DNA of 64,000 bases from a bacterium (lineage in GTDB: Bacteria; Patescibacteriota; Minisyncoccia; UBA6257; JAGOQP01): contig JAKAHY010000006.1 of assembly GCA_021814695.1 (NCBI GenBank), positions 49-64,048 of the forward strand, in the 5' to 3' direction. The notes below the pieces were generated by a model. The model did not search any database. It was not told where the DNA came from and saw only the letters and a program-made list of their open reading frames with translations. The number at the start of each line of letters is the position of its first letter. Position 1 is the first letter of the stretch. The position numbers were made by a program, and so were the translations under genes. Below, piece by piece: positions 48,538-58,003 of this stretch.

Positions 48538-49845
48538 ATGAGGGATGTGCTCAAGAATAATTTGGGAGTGGTGTTTGTTGCCGCCGCTTGTTTTTTTCCG
48601 GCCGTATTTTGGATTTTTCAGGAACCGGTTAATTATCGTTTCGGAAATCTGGTGGAAACTTTTACCAGCTTCGGCCAGCTTCTTGGCCTTATCGGGATGA
48701 GCATGTTTGCCGTGGTTCTTTTTTTGAGTTCCAGACTTAAAATTTTTGATAAATATTTTGACGGCTTGGGAAGGGCTTATAATCTCCATCATATGCTTGG
48801 GGGATTGGCGTTTATCCTGCTTTTATTTCACCCCCTTACACTTGCCGTCCGCTATATTCCAAGCTCCATTCAAATTGCATCCGGATTTATATTTTCGTTT
48901 GACAATACGGCCATTAATTACGGGAAAATCGCACTTCTGGGGATGATTGCTCTTCTTTTAATTACTTTTTACGTTAAAAAAGTAATCAAGTATCAGACAT
49001 GGAAACTATCGCATAAGCTTCTGGGTGCCTTCTTTTTTATCGGCGGGCTTCACATGCTTTTAATACCCAGCGATGTTTCGGTTAATTTTTCTCTTCGTTG
49101 GTACATGATTTTAATTTCTGCCGTCGGAATTGGCGCTTATTTTTACAGAACGCTTCTCTATCCGCTGAGTATCCGCCGGTTTACCTACAAGGTTGATGAT
49201 ATACGGATGGCCGGAGACGACGTAACCGAGATAACCTTAAGGCCCCTTAATAAGAAAATGAAATATAATCCGGGGCAGTTTGTTTTTATCAGCTTTAAAA
49301 ATAACTTCATCGGATCGGAATCGCATCCGTTTTCTCTCATTTCCAATTTTGAAGAAGACTCGATCCAAGTTGCGGTAAAAATGGCGGGCGATTTTACGGA
49401 CAAGCTTCCTAATTTGAAAATCGGCGATGAGGCAAAAATAGAAGGGCCTTTTGGAAAATTCAATTATGAAAATGCAAAAAGCAGGCGACAGATATGGATT
49501 GCCGGAGGGATCGGCATTACTCCTTTTTTAAGTATGGCGCGAAGCATAAACTGGTCCGAATATAAAATTGACCTGTATTATTCTTTCAGAAATCCAACCG
49601 ACGGAGTTTATTCGGAGGAACTTAAAGATATTTCTTCCAGAAACCCAAACTTTTCGTTTCTGCCTTGGATTTCCGGAAAAGTCGGCCAGCTTAGTGTTTC
49701 GAATATAAGCGCGTTAAGCGGCGGACTACAAGGTAAAAGTATTTTTATATGTGGTCCATTGGTTATGATGCAAGCGATAGAAAAGGGGCTTAAAGACGAA
49801 AAAATTCACTCAGAATACATTCATACCGAAGAATTCAGTATGTAA
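48538..49845 (+). CDS. Ferric reductase-like TM domain plus FAD/NAD-binding domain
   Basis: TM His residues (LHH, FHP, SHK, LHM); HPFS, GDFT, EGPFG, IAGGIGITPF, ICGP. Confidence 0.88.
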   Translation: MRDVLKNNLGVVFVAAACFFPAVFWIFQEPVNYRFGNLVETFTSFGQLLGLIGMSMFAVVLFLSSRLKIFDKYFDGLGRAYNLHHMLGGLAFILLLFHPLTLAVRYIPSSIQIASGFIFSFDNTAINYGKIALLGMIALLLITFYVKKVIKYQTWKLSHKLLGAFFFIGGLHMLLIPSDVSVNFSLRWYMILISAVGIGAYFYRTLLYPLSIRRFTYKVDDIRMAGDDVTEITLRPLNKKMKYNPGQFVFISFKNNFIGSESHPFSLISNFEEDSIQVAVKMAGDFTDKLPNLKIGDEAKIEGPFGKFNYENAKSRRQIWIAGGIGITPFLSMARSINWSEYKIDLYYSFRNPTDGVYSEELKDISSRNPNFSFLPWISGKVGQLSVSNISALSGGLQGKSIFICGPLVMMQAIEKGLKDEKIHSEYIHTEEFSM

Positions 49846-49907
49846 TTAGAGGTGAAACTAATTGCCTTTAGATACGTATATAATACTAAGACAATACCTT
49901 TAATCTC

Positions 49908-50429
49908 ATGCTAAAAACCAAGATATTTGTAACAATTGCCCTGGTAATTTTTTGGACCGGTTTGGTGGTTCTTATTACGGCCGGCTTAACTTCCAGGCAA
50001 TTGCCCACATCTTCGGTTTCGGGGGTGTCTGTTTCCGGTGGCAATCTTCAAAGCCAAGGATCGGTTGGCGGCGTTCAAAGCGGCCAACAACAATTAAGTT
50101 CCGCAAAAGGAGTCAATCTTACGGCGGCTGAAATATCCAAACACAATAACGCCGGAGATTGCTGGCTGCTTATCGGAGGAAAAGTATACAACGTCACTGA
50201 ATTTATTCCAATGCATCCGGGTGGCGAATCTACGATCATTCCTTATTGCGGTCAGGATGCCACGGTTGCGTTTGATACCAAAGGAGGTAGGGGGGCTCAT
50301 TCACAAAATGCCCAAAATCTTTTGGCAAGCTATTATATAGGAAATCTAAATTCCAGCGTTAATCAATCGACCGTCCAAAAAACTTCTCAAACATCTCCAC
50401 CTCAAAATATTCCGTTGGGAGACGACTAA
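49908..50429 (+). CDS. Membrane-anchored cytochrome b5-like protein
   Basis: HNNAGDCW...VYNVT.F...HPGG...GQDAT..F...HS. Confidence 0.9.
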   Translation: MLKTKIFVTIALVIFWTGLVVLITAGLTSRQLPTSSVSGVSVSGGNLQSQGSVGGVQSGQQQLSSAKGVNLTAAEISKHNNAGDCWLLIGGKVYNVTEFIPMHPGGESTIIPYCGQDATVAFDTKGGRGAHSQNAQNLLASYYIGNLNSSVNQSTVQKTSQTSPPQNIPLGDD

Positions 50430-50515
50430 TAAAATCAGCTCTATATACGGGGCTGATTTTTTATTTATAGAAAATTGTTTGTTGTAAGTTGCAAGCCGTA
50501 AGTTATAATTAAAGG

Positions 50516-50983
50516 ATGTTAATATACATCGGAGCAGACCACAGGGGATTTGCCCTCAAGGAAGTTATAAAAAGTTTTATCGGAAGTGTCGGTTACGAGG
50601 TTGTGGATATGGGTAATGAAAAACTCGATCCGAACGACGATTATCCCGATTTTGCGATCGATGTCGCCAAAGAAGTGAGTAAAGATCCGTCACTGGGAAA
50701 CGGTATTTTATTGTGCGGTTCGGGGGTGGGAATGGATGTGGTAGCCAACAAATTCAGAAATGTTAGGAGTTCACTATGTTTTTCGGTCGATCAGGCGATG
50801 GCTGCCCGTAACGATGATAATGCCAATGTTCTGGTTCTGCCGGCTGATTTTTTGGACGAAGATAAAGCCAAAAAAATCGTATCGGTATGGATTCAGACAA
50901 AATTTGAAGATATTCCTAAACGCAACCGCCGTCTTAAAAAAATCGAAGAATTGGAATTAAAAACTACGAATTATTTTGAATAA
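50516..50983 (+). CDS. rpiB: Ribose-5-phosphate isomerase B
   Basis: GADHRG, DYPD, CGSGVG, ANK. Confidence 0.93.
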   Translation: MLIYIGADHRGFALKEVIKSFIGSVGYEVVDMGNEKLDPNDDYPDFAIDVAKEVSKDPSLGNGILLCGSGVGMDVVANKFRNVRSSLCFSVDQAMAARNDDNANVLVLPADFLDEDKAKKIVSVWIQTKFEDIPKRNRRLKKIEELELKTTNYFE

Positions 50984-50986
50984 ATA

Positions 50987-51619
50987 ATGAGAGTTAACGT
51001 CGGAATAAACACAAAGAATAGGATCGAGCTTAAAACAAAGCTCGATTTGGCTAAAAAATTTTTCCCCAAAAATACTTCGCTCCACGTTGATATTTCCAAA
51101 AAAGGATTCTCTTCCGTGAATTCATTTGTGGATTTTGCCATTCTTAAAAAATATTCCCGGTATTTCAAACTGGAAGGGCATCTTATGGTGACAAAAAAAG
51201 ACGTTCTCTTGCACAAATGGTATTTGTCTCCTTTAAAAACCCTGTTTATCCATTCGGCAATTAGCCCCGATTGGGAAAAAGTTTTCAGATTGGCAAAAAA
51301 ATACCACAAGGAAATAGGAGTTGTCGTGGATTTTGACCAAAGTTTGGACGGCATATTTGTCCCGGTTGGGACAAAAAGGATTCTGGTCCTTGCCGTTGTT
51401 CCCGGAAAATCCGGTCAAAAATTTCACACAAAGGCCTTAAGCGTGATTTCTTTTTTGAGGAAAAAATACCCGCATGCTAAAATATCTGTAGATGGCGGAA
51501 TAACGTTGCAAATCGCTAGGAAAGTAAAATTAGCGGGAGCAAATGGAGTGACTTCTGAGTCATTTATTTGGAAAAACAAAAATCCAGAGTTGGCTTATAA
51601 AAAATTGAGGGATATATAA
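50987..51619 (+). CDS. rpe: Ribulose-phosphate 3-epimerase (divergent)
   Basis: HVD, HLMV, V.PGKSGQKF, VDGGI. Confidence 0.8.
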   Translation: MRVNVGINTKNRIELKTKLDLAKKFFPKNTSLHVDISKKGFSSVNSFVDFAILKKYSRYFKLEGHLMVTKKDVLLHKWYLSPLKTLFIHSAISPDWEKVFRLAKKYHKEIGVVVDFDQSLDGIFVPVGTKRILVLAVVPGKSGQKFHTKALSVISFLRKKYPHAKISVDGGITLQIARKVKLAGANGVTSESFIWKNKNPELAYKKLRDI

Positions 51620-51632
51620 ACAAATTTATTAA

Positions 51633-52208
51633 ATGTCAAAAATAATATCTTTCTTAAATTTAAATTCCATTTTATTTAAAATTATTATTGCCTTATTTCT
51701 TACTGTTTTGTCGGCAATATTTTTTTCCTGGATTCTTAATATATGGTGGGGGGGTGAGCATCAGCTATCTGTGCTTGGGACCTATGTTTCAACTATACAC
51801 TCCGAATCGTCACACTCCGGATCGTCAAATGCAGAGAATTTTATTTTCAATATTTTGAAAAATACAGCAATAAAAGAAACAATAGTGAATTGTACTGGCT
51901 ACAAATATCCCAATATTGATAAAAGCTCCATCAATAACTATAGCAATGATGAAATTAACATATGTAAAAGTTCAAAGCCGCTTAGTTTATTTGGATTATT
52001 TGATTCAGGTGATCCACATGGATTTCCTCTCGGATTTATTATTTATGGAGATTGCCAATTATCTATGGCGGGGCCGACTTACTATTGTTGGCCAACTGTT
52101 GTAGGATATATTAATCTTATTATTGATTTTGTGTTTTGGTTTGTGTTCGTGTATTTAATAGTTTTCATTAAGAATCTTATTTTGAAAAAGAATAAATTGA
52201 AAACTTAA
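51633..52208 (+). CDS. Hypothetical AT-rich membrane protein
   Basis: TM segments at both ends; GFPLGF...NLIIDFVFW. Confidence 0.6.
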   Translation: MSKIISFLNLNSILFKIIIALFLTVLSAIFFSWILNIWWGGEHQLSVLGTYVSTIHSESSHSGSSNAENFIFNILKNTAIKETIVNCTGYKYPNIDKSSINNYSNDEINICKSSKPLSLFGLFDSGDPHGFPLGFIIYGDCQLSMAGPTYYCWPTVVGYINLIIDFVFWFVFVYLIVFIKNLILKKNKLKT

Positions 52209-52271
52209 TAATTTTTAAATCTTACATTTCAATTTTACATTTTGATTTTTGAATTTTGATTTATCTATATT

Positions 52272-53129
52272 ATGTATCTTTCCCATCATCGCATAAAAGA
52301 TCTATATGAAGTTGCCAACCGTCTTCGTGAAGATGTGATTGAAATGCTGGTTGAGGCCGGTTCGGGTCATTCCGCCGGTCCTTTGGGGATGGCTGATATT
52401 TTTGCGGCAATGTATTTTTACGTTCTTAACCACAAACCGAAAAATCCGAATTGGCCCTTGCGCGACCGGCTGATACTTTCCAACGGCCATATCTGCCCGA
52501 TTCAATATGCGGCGCTGGCTCGTTCCGGATATTTTCCGCTCAAGGAGCTTTCAACTTTGCGTAAGATAAACTCCCGGCTCCAAGGCCACCCTCACAGAGG
52601 GAGCCTGCCCGGAGTGGAAACTACCTCTGGCCCTTTGGGATCCGGACTTGCGCAGGCGATTGGCATGGCGCTTGCCGCAAAACTTAACAATGAACGGCAC
52701 AGAATTTATTGCATGATGTCCGATGGGGAGCATGATGAAGGCAATACTTGGGAAGCAGTAATGTTTGCCGGGAAAAATAAACTTAACAATCTGACCGCGG
52801 TTATGGACAGAAATAATATTCAGATAGACGGATTTACCGAAAACGTTATGCCATTGGAACCGCTTCGTGATAAATATGAAGCGTTCGGCTGGGAAGTAAT
52901 CGATGTCGACGGGCATAATATCGAGGAATTTATTTCGGCCATTTGGGAGGCAAAGGCAATTTACGAAAAGCCGACTATGATTATTGCCCATACGATTCCG
53001 GGGAAAGGAGTGGATTTTATGGAACGAAAATACGAATGGCACGGAATTCCTCCAAACAAAGAACAGGCAAGGGAAGCACTCAGCCAACTTCGTAAACTGG
53101 GCGGAAAAATTAAAAGCGAGCACGAATAA
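52272..53129 (+). CDS. Transketolase N-terminal subunit
   Basis: GSGH, RDRLILSNGH, LQGHP, SDGE.DEG..WE. Confidence 0.95.
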   Translation: MYLSHHRIKDLYEVANRLREDVIEMLVEAGSGHSAGPLGMADIFAAMYFYVLNHKPKNPNWPLRDRLILSNGHICPIQYAALARSGYFPLKELSTLRKINSRLQGHPHRGSLPGVETTSGPLGSGLAQAIGMALAAKLNNERHRIYCMMSDGEHDEGNTWEAVMFAGKNKLNNLTAVMDRNNIQIDGFTENVMPLEPLRDKYEAFGWEVIDVDGHNIEEFISAIWEAKAIYEKPTMIIAHTIPGKGVDFMERKYEWHGIPPNKEQAREALSQLRKLGGKIKSEHE

Positions 53130-53168
53130 AATAACATATAAAAATATAAACATTTAAATATCAAAATT

Positions 53169-53504
53169 ATGAGCGCAATTGAGTGGGTTAAAAAAATATA
53201 TATTTATCTTTTTTCGGCAATAGGATTGATTGTTGTTATTATCGGATCCGTCCAGCTGATTAATTTGGGATTAAAGGCGTGGATATTTACTAAAGCCGAT
53301 AATTACTACAATTATCCGATGCCGGTGTCATCTCCGGATAAAGGACAGGTTGTGCAGCAGCCGGACCAGAAAGCAATCGACGAATATCAGCAGAATAATC
53401 TTACGAGCCAGAGGCAGCGCGAAGCGGCTAATGCCATCGCGATGATAATAGTCGGAGCTCCATTGTTTTTATACCACTGGCGTCTTGCCAGAAAACAGGC
53501 CTAA
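53169..53504 (+). CDS. Small two-TM protein (DUF5671-like)
   Basis: IYIYLFSAIGL...IIVGAPLFLYHW. Confidence 0.65.
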   Translation: MSAIEWVKKIYIYLFSAIGLIVVIIGSVQLINLGLKAWIFTKADNYYNYPMPVSSPDKGQVVQQPDQKAIDEYQQNNLTSQRQREAANAIAMIIVGAPLFLYHWRLARKQA

Positions 53505-53522
53505 GCTAATCAATTATTTGTT

Positions 53523-54515
53523 ATGTTGAATCCCGACGCAAAACTTAATCACGATATTTTTTCAAAGCACGTAGAAGAAGCGCCGACACGTGATGGCTAT
53601 GGGCACGGTCTTTTGGAAGCGGGCAAAGAAAAAAATGTTGTTGTTCTTTCTGCCGACTTGGAAGAATCCACCCGCTGCCATTGGTTTGCCAAAGTTTATC
53701 CGGAAAGATTTTTTGAATGCGGAGTGGCCGAGCAGGGAATGACGACAATTGCCGCCGGTCTTGCGGTTGCCGGAAAAATACCTTTCATCAGCTCTTATGC
53801 CAACTTTTGTCCGGGGAGAACCTGGGAGCAGGTAAGGACTACTATCTGTTATAACAATGCCAACGTAAAAATTGCCGGAAATCATGCCGGAATATCCGTC
53901 GGCCCCGACGGGGCAACTCATCAGGCGACCGAAGATATCGCTATTATGCGTTCTTTGCCGAATATGAAAGTCGTTGTACCCTGCGATTCGATTGAGGCCC
54001 AAAAAGCAACGATGGCCGTATCGCAAATTTATGGACCGATGTATCTTCGGCTTCAGCGTGAAAAAACCCCGGTAATGACGACCAAAGAAACCCCGTTTGT
54101 CTTTGGGAAAGCTTATCCGCTCTGGGTCTCCAAAGGAAAGGAAATCGATGTTTTAATAATCGGAGCCGGTCCTTTATTGCACAACGCATTGCTGGCTGCA
54201 AAAGAATTAGAGAAAGAAAGAATCAGGAGCGTTGTATTAAACAGCCATACGATAAAACCGCTTGATGAAAAAGAAATCTTGAATTGGGCCAAAAAAGCCG
54301 GCGCCGTGGTAACCGTTGAAGAGCATAATATTATAGGGGGATTAGGAGGGGCCGTAGCTGAGCTTTTAACCGGGAAACTTCCTTTGCCGCTTGAGCGCGT
54401 AGGCATCCGGGATGTTTATGGCGAATCGGGAAAACCGGAAGAACTGATAAGAAAATATCATTTGGACGTTAAGGATGTCGTTGTGGCGGTTAAAAAAGTC
54501 ATAAAAAGGAAGTAA
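53523..54515 (+). CDS. Transketolase C-terminal subunit
   Basis: GVAEQ, GPDGATHQ, TVEEH..IGGLG. Confidence 0.95.
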   Translation: MLNPDAKLNHDIFSKHVEEAPTRDGYGHGLLEAGKEKNVVVLSADLEESTRCHWFAKVYPERFFECGVAEQGMTTIAAGLAVAGKIPFISSYANFCPGRTWEQVRTTICYNNANVKIAGNHAGISVGPDGATHQATEDIAIMRSLPNMKVVVPCDSIEAQKATMAVSQIYGPMYLRLQREKTPVMTTKETPFVFGKAYPLWVSKGKEIDVLIIGAGPLLHNALLAAKELEKERIRSVVLNSHTIKPLDEKEILNWAKKAGAVVTVEEHNIIGGLGGAVAELLTGKLPLPLERVGIRDVYGESGKPEELIRKYHLDVKDVVVAVKKVIKRK

Positions 54516-54612
54516 AAATATATAAAAATTTAAATATATAAATAAGGAGTTAGCCGCTCCTTTTTTAATACCGGATCTTTATACTTTATACTTTATGTTT
54601 TATACTTATCCT

Positions 54613-55653
54613 ATGTACGACGTTTTAACTATCGGAACGGTAACCGTAGATACCTTTATTAAGGCGGATTTTCTAAAAACCGTGACTGATAAAAAACATC
54701 TTGAAAAAATAGGTTTTGTGACCGGCCAGGCGCAATGTTTTTCGTTGGGGTCCAAAATCGAGATTTCAGAGCCGATAATAGAAATCGGCGGTGGCGCCCA
54801 TAATGCCGCGGTGACTTTTTCCAAGGCTGATCTTGATACTATTTCCATATTTAACGTTGGAGGAGATAGAAATGGCGATATGATAGTGGAAGAATTTATC
54901 CACAAAGGGATAAAGCCGATCGGAATTACGGACAAAAACAAAAAAACCGGAGTCTCATATATTCTTTTGAGTAACAGTGGAGAGAGAACTATTCTGGTAA
55001 ACCGCGGATGTTCGGGAGAAATCAAAAATTCCGAAATTCCTTTCAAAAAACTTGCAGCCAAATGGGCTTATATAGCTCCGGGGAGTATTCCTTATCCGGT
55101 TTTAAAAAAGATATTTTCTTATTTGCATAAAAACGGGACAAAAATAGCAATCAATCCTTCTAAGGACATGCTGCAATTGGGGATTTCCAAATTAAAGCCA
55201 TTTTTAAACACGGCTTCGGTTGTAATTCTAAACAGAGAGGAGGCCGCGTATCTTACCCGCATTCCTTATGACCAAAGCGATAAGATATTTTCGAAGTTGG
55301 ATGATTATGTTCCGGGAATTGTCGTTATGACGGATGGTAAAAAAGGAGCCGAGCTTTCCGATGGTAAAACATTCTACAAGTCGGGTGTTTTTTCGGAGAA
55401 AAAAATAGTCGATAGAACCGGTGCGGGGGATGCTTTTGGAAGCGGATTTATTGCCGGAGTGATTGAGGCTGATGAGCAGTGCATTAAGGGCGTCTGCAGT
55501 CCGCATAAAATAGCCTACGCAATTAGACGCGCTGCAGCCAATTCAACTTCGGTTATAGAGTCCGTGGGAGCAACTCCGGGAGTTATTTCCAGGCATGAAT
55601 TTTTAAAGAGCCGTAGGTGGAAAACATTACCGATCGAAATTAGAAAAATCTAA
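54613..55653 (+). CDS. PfkB-family carbohydrate kinase
   Basis: GGGAHN, NREEA, DRTGAGDAFGSG. Confidence 0.92.
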   Translation: MYDVLTIGTVTVDTFIKADFLKTVTDKKHLEKIGFVTGQAQCFSLGSKIEISEPIIEIGGGAHNAAVTFSKADLDTISIFNVGGDRNGDMIVEEFIHKGIKPIGITDKNKKTGVSYILLSNSGERTILVNRGCSGEIKNSEIPFKKLAAKWAYIAPGSIPYPVLKKIFSYLHKNGTKIAINPSKDMLQLGISKLKPFLNTASVVILNREEAAYLTRIPYDQSDKIFSKLDDYVPGIVVMTDGKKGAELSDGKTFYKSGVFSEKKIVDRTGAGDAFGSGFIAGVIEADEQCIKGVCSPHKIAYAIRRAAANSTSVIESVGATPGVISRHEFLKSRRWKTLPIEIRKI

Positions 55654-55654
55654 C

Positions 55655-56926
55655 ATGACTTCCGAAGAAAAAATAGCCAAAATTTTGAGAGCCGATAAGG
55701 ACACTATTATGGATTTGGAGAGCAGGCTTGGAAAAATCACCGGAAAAACCGGAGTCATCGATGAAATTCGAGCCCAAAATGATTCCGCCGTGGAAAACCG
55801 CCTGGAACAAATGAAACTGACAAGGAAGTCTTCGGCAAAAAAAGTATTTGAAGCTCTTATAAAAAAAATAAGAAAAGACGACAGAAGCCTTTCAATGCTT
55901 ATGGGCAGCCCCGACTTTACCTGCAAGAGCGGTTGTGATGTTGTGGCTAAGTTTGTCACTTCGGTAGCGGGAGATATGACCGGTTTTTTCCTGAAAAAGG
56001 AAAAATTTATTGAATTTTTGCACAAGACTCCTCCAAAAAAAGTACTAATGATGCTTGGGTATTCTTCGGTGGATGAGCTTATTGAAAAAGAAGACTGGCG
56101 TGAGGTTGCCGCTTCTCTCAGGTTTGTCGAGGGTGGGGAATGGATAAATGACGTTCTTCTCCCTTCTTACGAGTCCCTCAGTCCGGCCGACTTTGAGCGT
56201 AGAAAATTTGAAATTATCTCACTAAATCCTAAATGGGAAAATCTGGCAAAAAATTTTGTTGAAAAAAAATATCACAATATCAGCCACCTTAAGGAATTGG
56301 GAATAATTTTTATAATACCTACCTCGCTTAACTTACTCGGAGAGCTGATGAGAACGGTTGGACTTTTATTACATTACGTTAACGAAATAAAATTTTACTC
56401 CAACATTTTTCTTCACATAGGCGGGAGGCCGGTAGACTTTTCCAGAAACCTTATGTCCCTGCTCAGGGGGGACGTGGTTGATGATAAGAAACTATCCAAT
56501 CAGGGAGAGTGGCTCATAGTCCAGAGATATCTGGCAAAAGACGACGAAAACGACTGGAGGCTTTTTGTTCCTCACGTAAATCCGGAAGCGATGCATTGGG
56601 AAAAGGCGGAGAGTATGTTGGTTGAACTCGGTAAGAAATATGACGACTTGGGGCACGAATTTTCTTTTTGGAAGGAGATGAACTGGGTGGGTGATTATTT
56701 TGGAACCAATACCGGAGTGGATGTTCTTGTCAGTTTTAACCTTATTGATACCTCAATGGCATTGGTCCAGGAAAAAGAAATGATCAAATATCTATATCAT
56801 CACCAGGAGGCTCTTTGGAACAAAATATTCTCGTCATATTTTGGAGAGGAAAAGATGGAGGAAATGATGCGCGAGGACATAGAGTTCGGATACATAAAAC
56901 TTTCCGATAAATTAACCCAATACTAA
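55655..56926 (+). CDS. Hypothetical protein in the sugar operon
   Basis: 423-codon ORF tightly coupled between pfkB and fba. Confidence 0.75.
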   Translation: MTSEEKIAKILRADKDTIMDLESRLGKITGKTGVIDEIRAQNDSAVENRLEQMKLTRKSSAKKVFEALIKKIRKDDRSLSMLMGSPDFTCKSGCDVVAKFVTSVAGDMTGFFLKKEKFIEFLHKTPPKKVLMMLGYSSVDELIEKEDWREVAASLRFVEGGEWINDVLLPSYESLSPADFERRKFEIISLNPKWENLAKNFVEKKYHNISHLKELGIIFIIPTSLNLLGELMRTVGLLLHYVNEIKFYSNIFLHIGGRPVDFSRNLMSLLRGDVVDDKKLSNQGEWLIVQRYLAKDDENDWRLFVPHVNPEAMHWEKAESMLVELGKKYDDLGHEFSFWKEMNWVGDYFGTNTGVDVLVSFNLIDTSMALVQEKEMIKYLYHHQEALWNKIFSSYFGEEKMEEMMREDIEFGYIKLSDKLTQY

Positions 56927-56930
56927 TAAT

Positions 56931-57809
56931 ATGATTTCACTCAGGAATCTTATTGCTGATGCCCGCGGTCGAAACGTTGCCATAGGCCATTTCAATATTT
57001 CTGACTTGGCGATGCTTCATGCCATTTTTAACGCGGCTTTTGAGATCAAGGTGCCGGTAATTATCGGAGTTTCCGAAGGGGAGCGGGAATTTATCGGAGT
57101 AAAGCAGGCGGCTGATCTGGTCCATAGTTTCAGAGACGAATACAACTACCCGATTTTTATCAATGCCGATCACACACATTCGTTTGAAAAAATAAAAGAA
57201 GCCGTTGACGCCGGATTTGATGAGGTATTGTTTGATGGTGGCCAAAGACCCATAGAAGAAAACATTGCCATTACCAAGCAGGTTGTTGATTACGTGCGCT
57301 CACACAATGAATCCTACGCTACCGATATTATGGTTGAGGGGGAGCTGGGTTATATAGGTTCTGGTTCGGTTATTTTAGACAGAATCCCCGAAGGTGTTTC
57401 CATAAAAAAAGAAGATCTGACAAAACCGGAAGATGCTCAAAAGTTTGTTAAAGAAACGGGAGTCGATTTGCTGGCGCCGGCCGTAGGTAATATTCACGGG
57501 ATGTTTGCCGATGTTCCAGACCCCAATCTGGACATCCAGAGAATTGTTGAAGTTTATAATGCCGCGAATATCCCCCTCGTTCTTCATGGTGCGTCGGGAA
57601 ATTCGGATGACGATATTCGCCAGGCGATTGGTGCCGGAGCAAGAATAGTTCATGTCAGCACGGAGCTCAGAGCGGCCTGGAAGCGGGGGCTGGATTTGGC
57701 CCTTTTGTCCCACCCGAAAGAAATTGCTCCTTACAAGCTTTTTCCAGAAGTCGTTCATGAAGTTCAAAAAGTGGCGTCGGAAAAACTGAAAATATTCAAT
57801 AATCTCTAG
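56931..57809 (+). CDS. fba: Class II fructose-bisphosphate aldolase
   Basis: NADH, EGELGYIG, GNIHG, LVLHGASG. Confidence 0.92.
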   Translation: MISLRNLIADARGRNVAIGHFNISDLAMLHAIFNAAFEIKVPVIIGVSEGEREFIGVKQAADLVHSFRDEYNYPIFINADHTHSFEKIKEAVDAGFDEVLFDGGQRPIEENIAITKQVVDYVRSHNESYATDIMVEGELGYIGSGSVILDRIPEGVSIKKEDLTKPEDAQKFVKETGVDLLAPAVGNIHGMFADVPDPNLDIQRIVEVYNAANIPLVLHGASGNSDDDIRQAIGAGARIVHVSTELRAAWKRGLDLALLSHPKEIAPYKLFPEVVHEVQKVASEKLKIFNNL

Positions 57810-58003
57810 CGTATACTGTATGCCGTATATCGTATACCGGAGGTAAAAATAGAGTAGATAATTTTATTGATTTAGATAATCATAAGAAGCATTAGAATTT
57901 TAGATGACTATAGATATTCTGACTAAAATAAAATACGGTCTACGGCGTACGGTTTATAGTATACGACGTGCGGTCTACGGTATACGATATACGGTATACG
58001 AAT
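57810..58003. repeat. Heptamer (TACGGTA-like) tandem arrays in inverted orientation
   Basis: Ten degenerate units at 57934-58003 and an inverted array at 57810-57839; perfect 17-bp IR 57823-57839/57978-57994. Confidence 0.85.
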
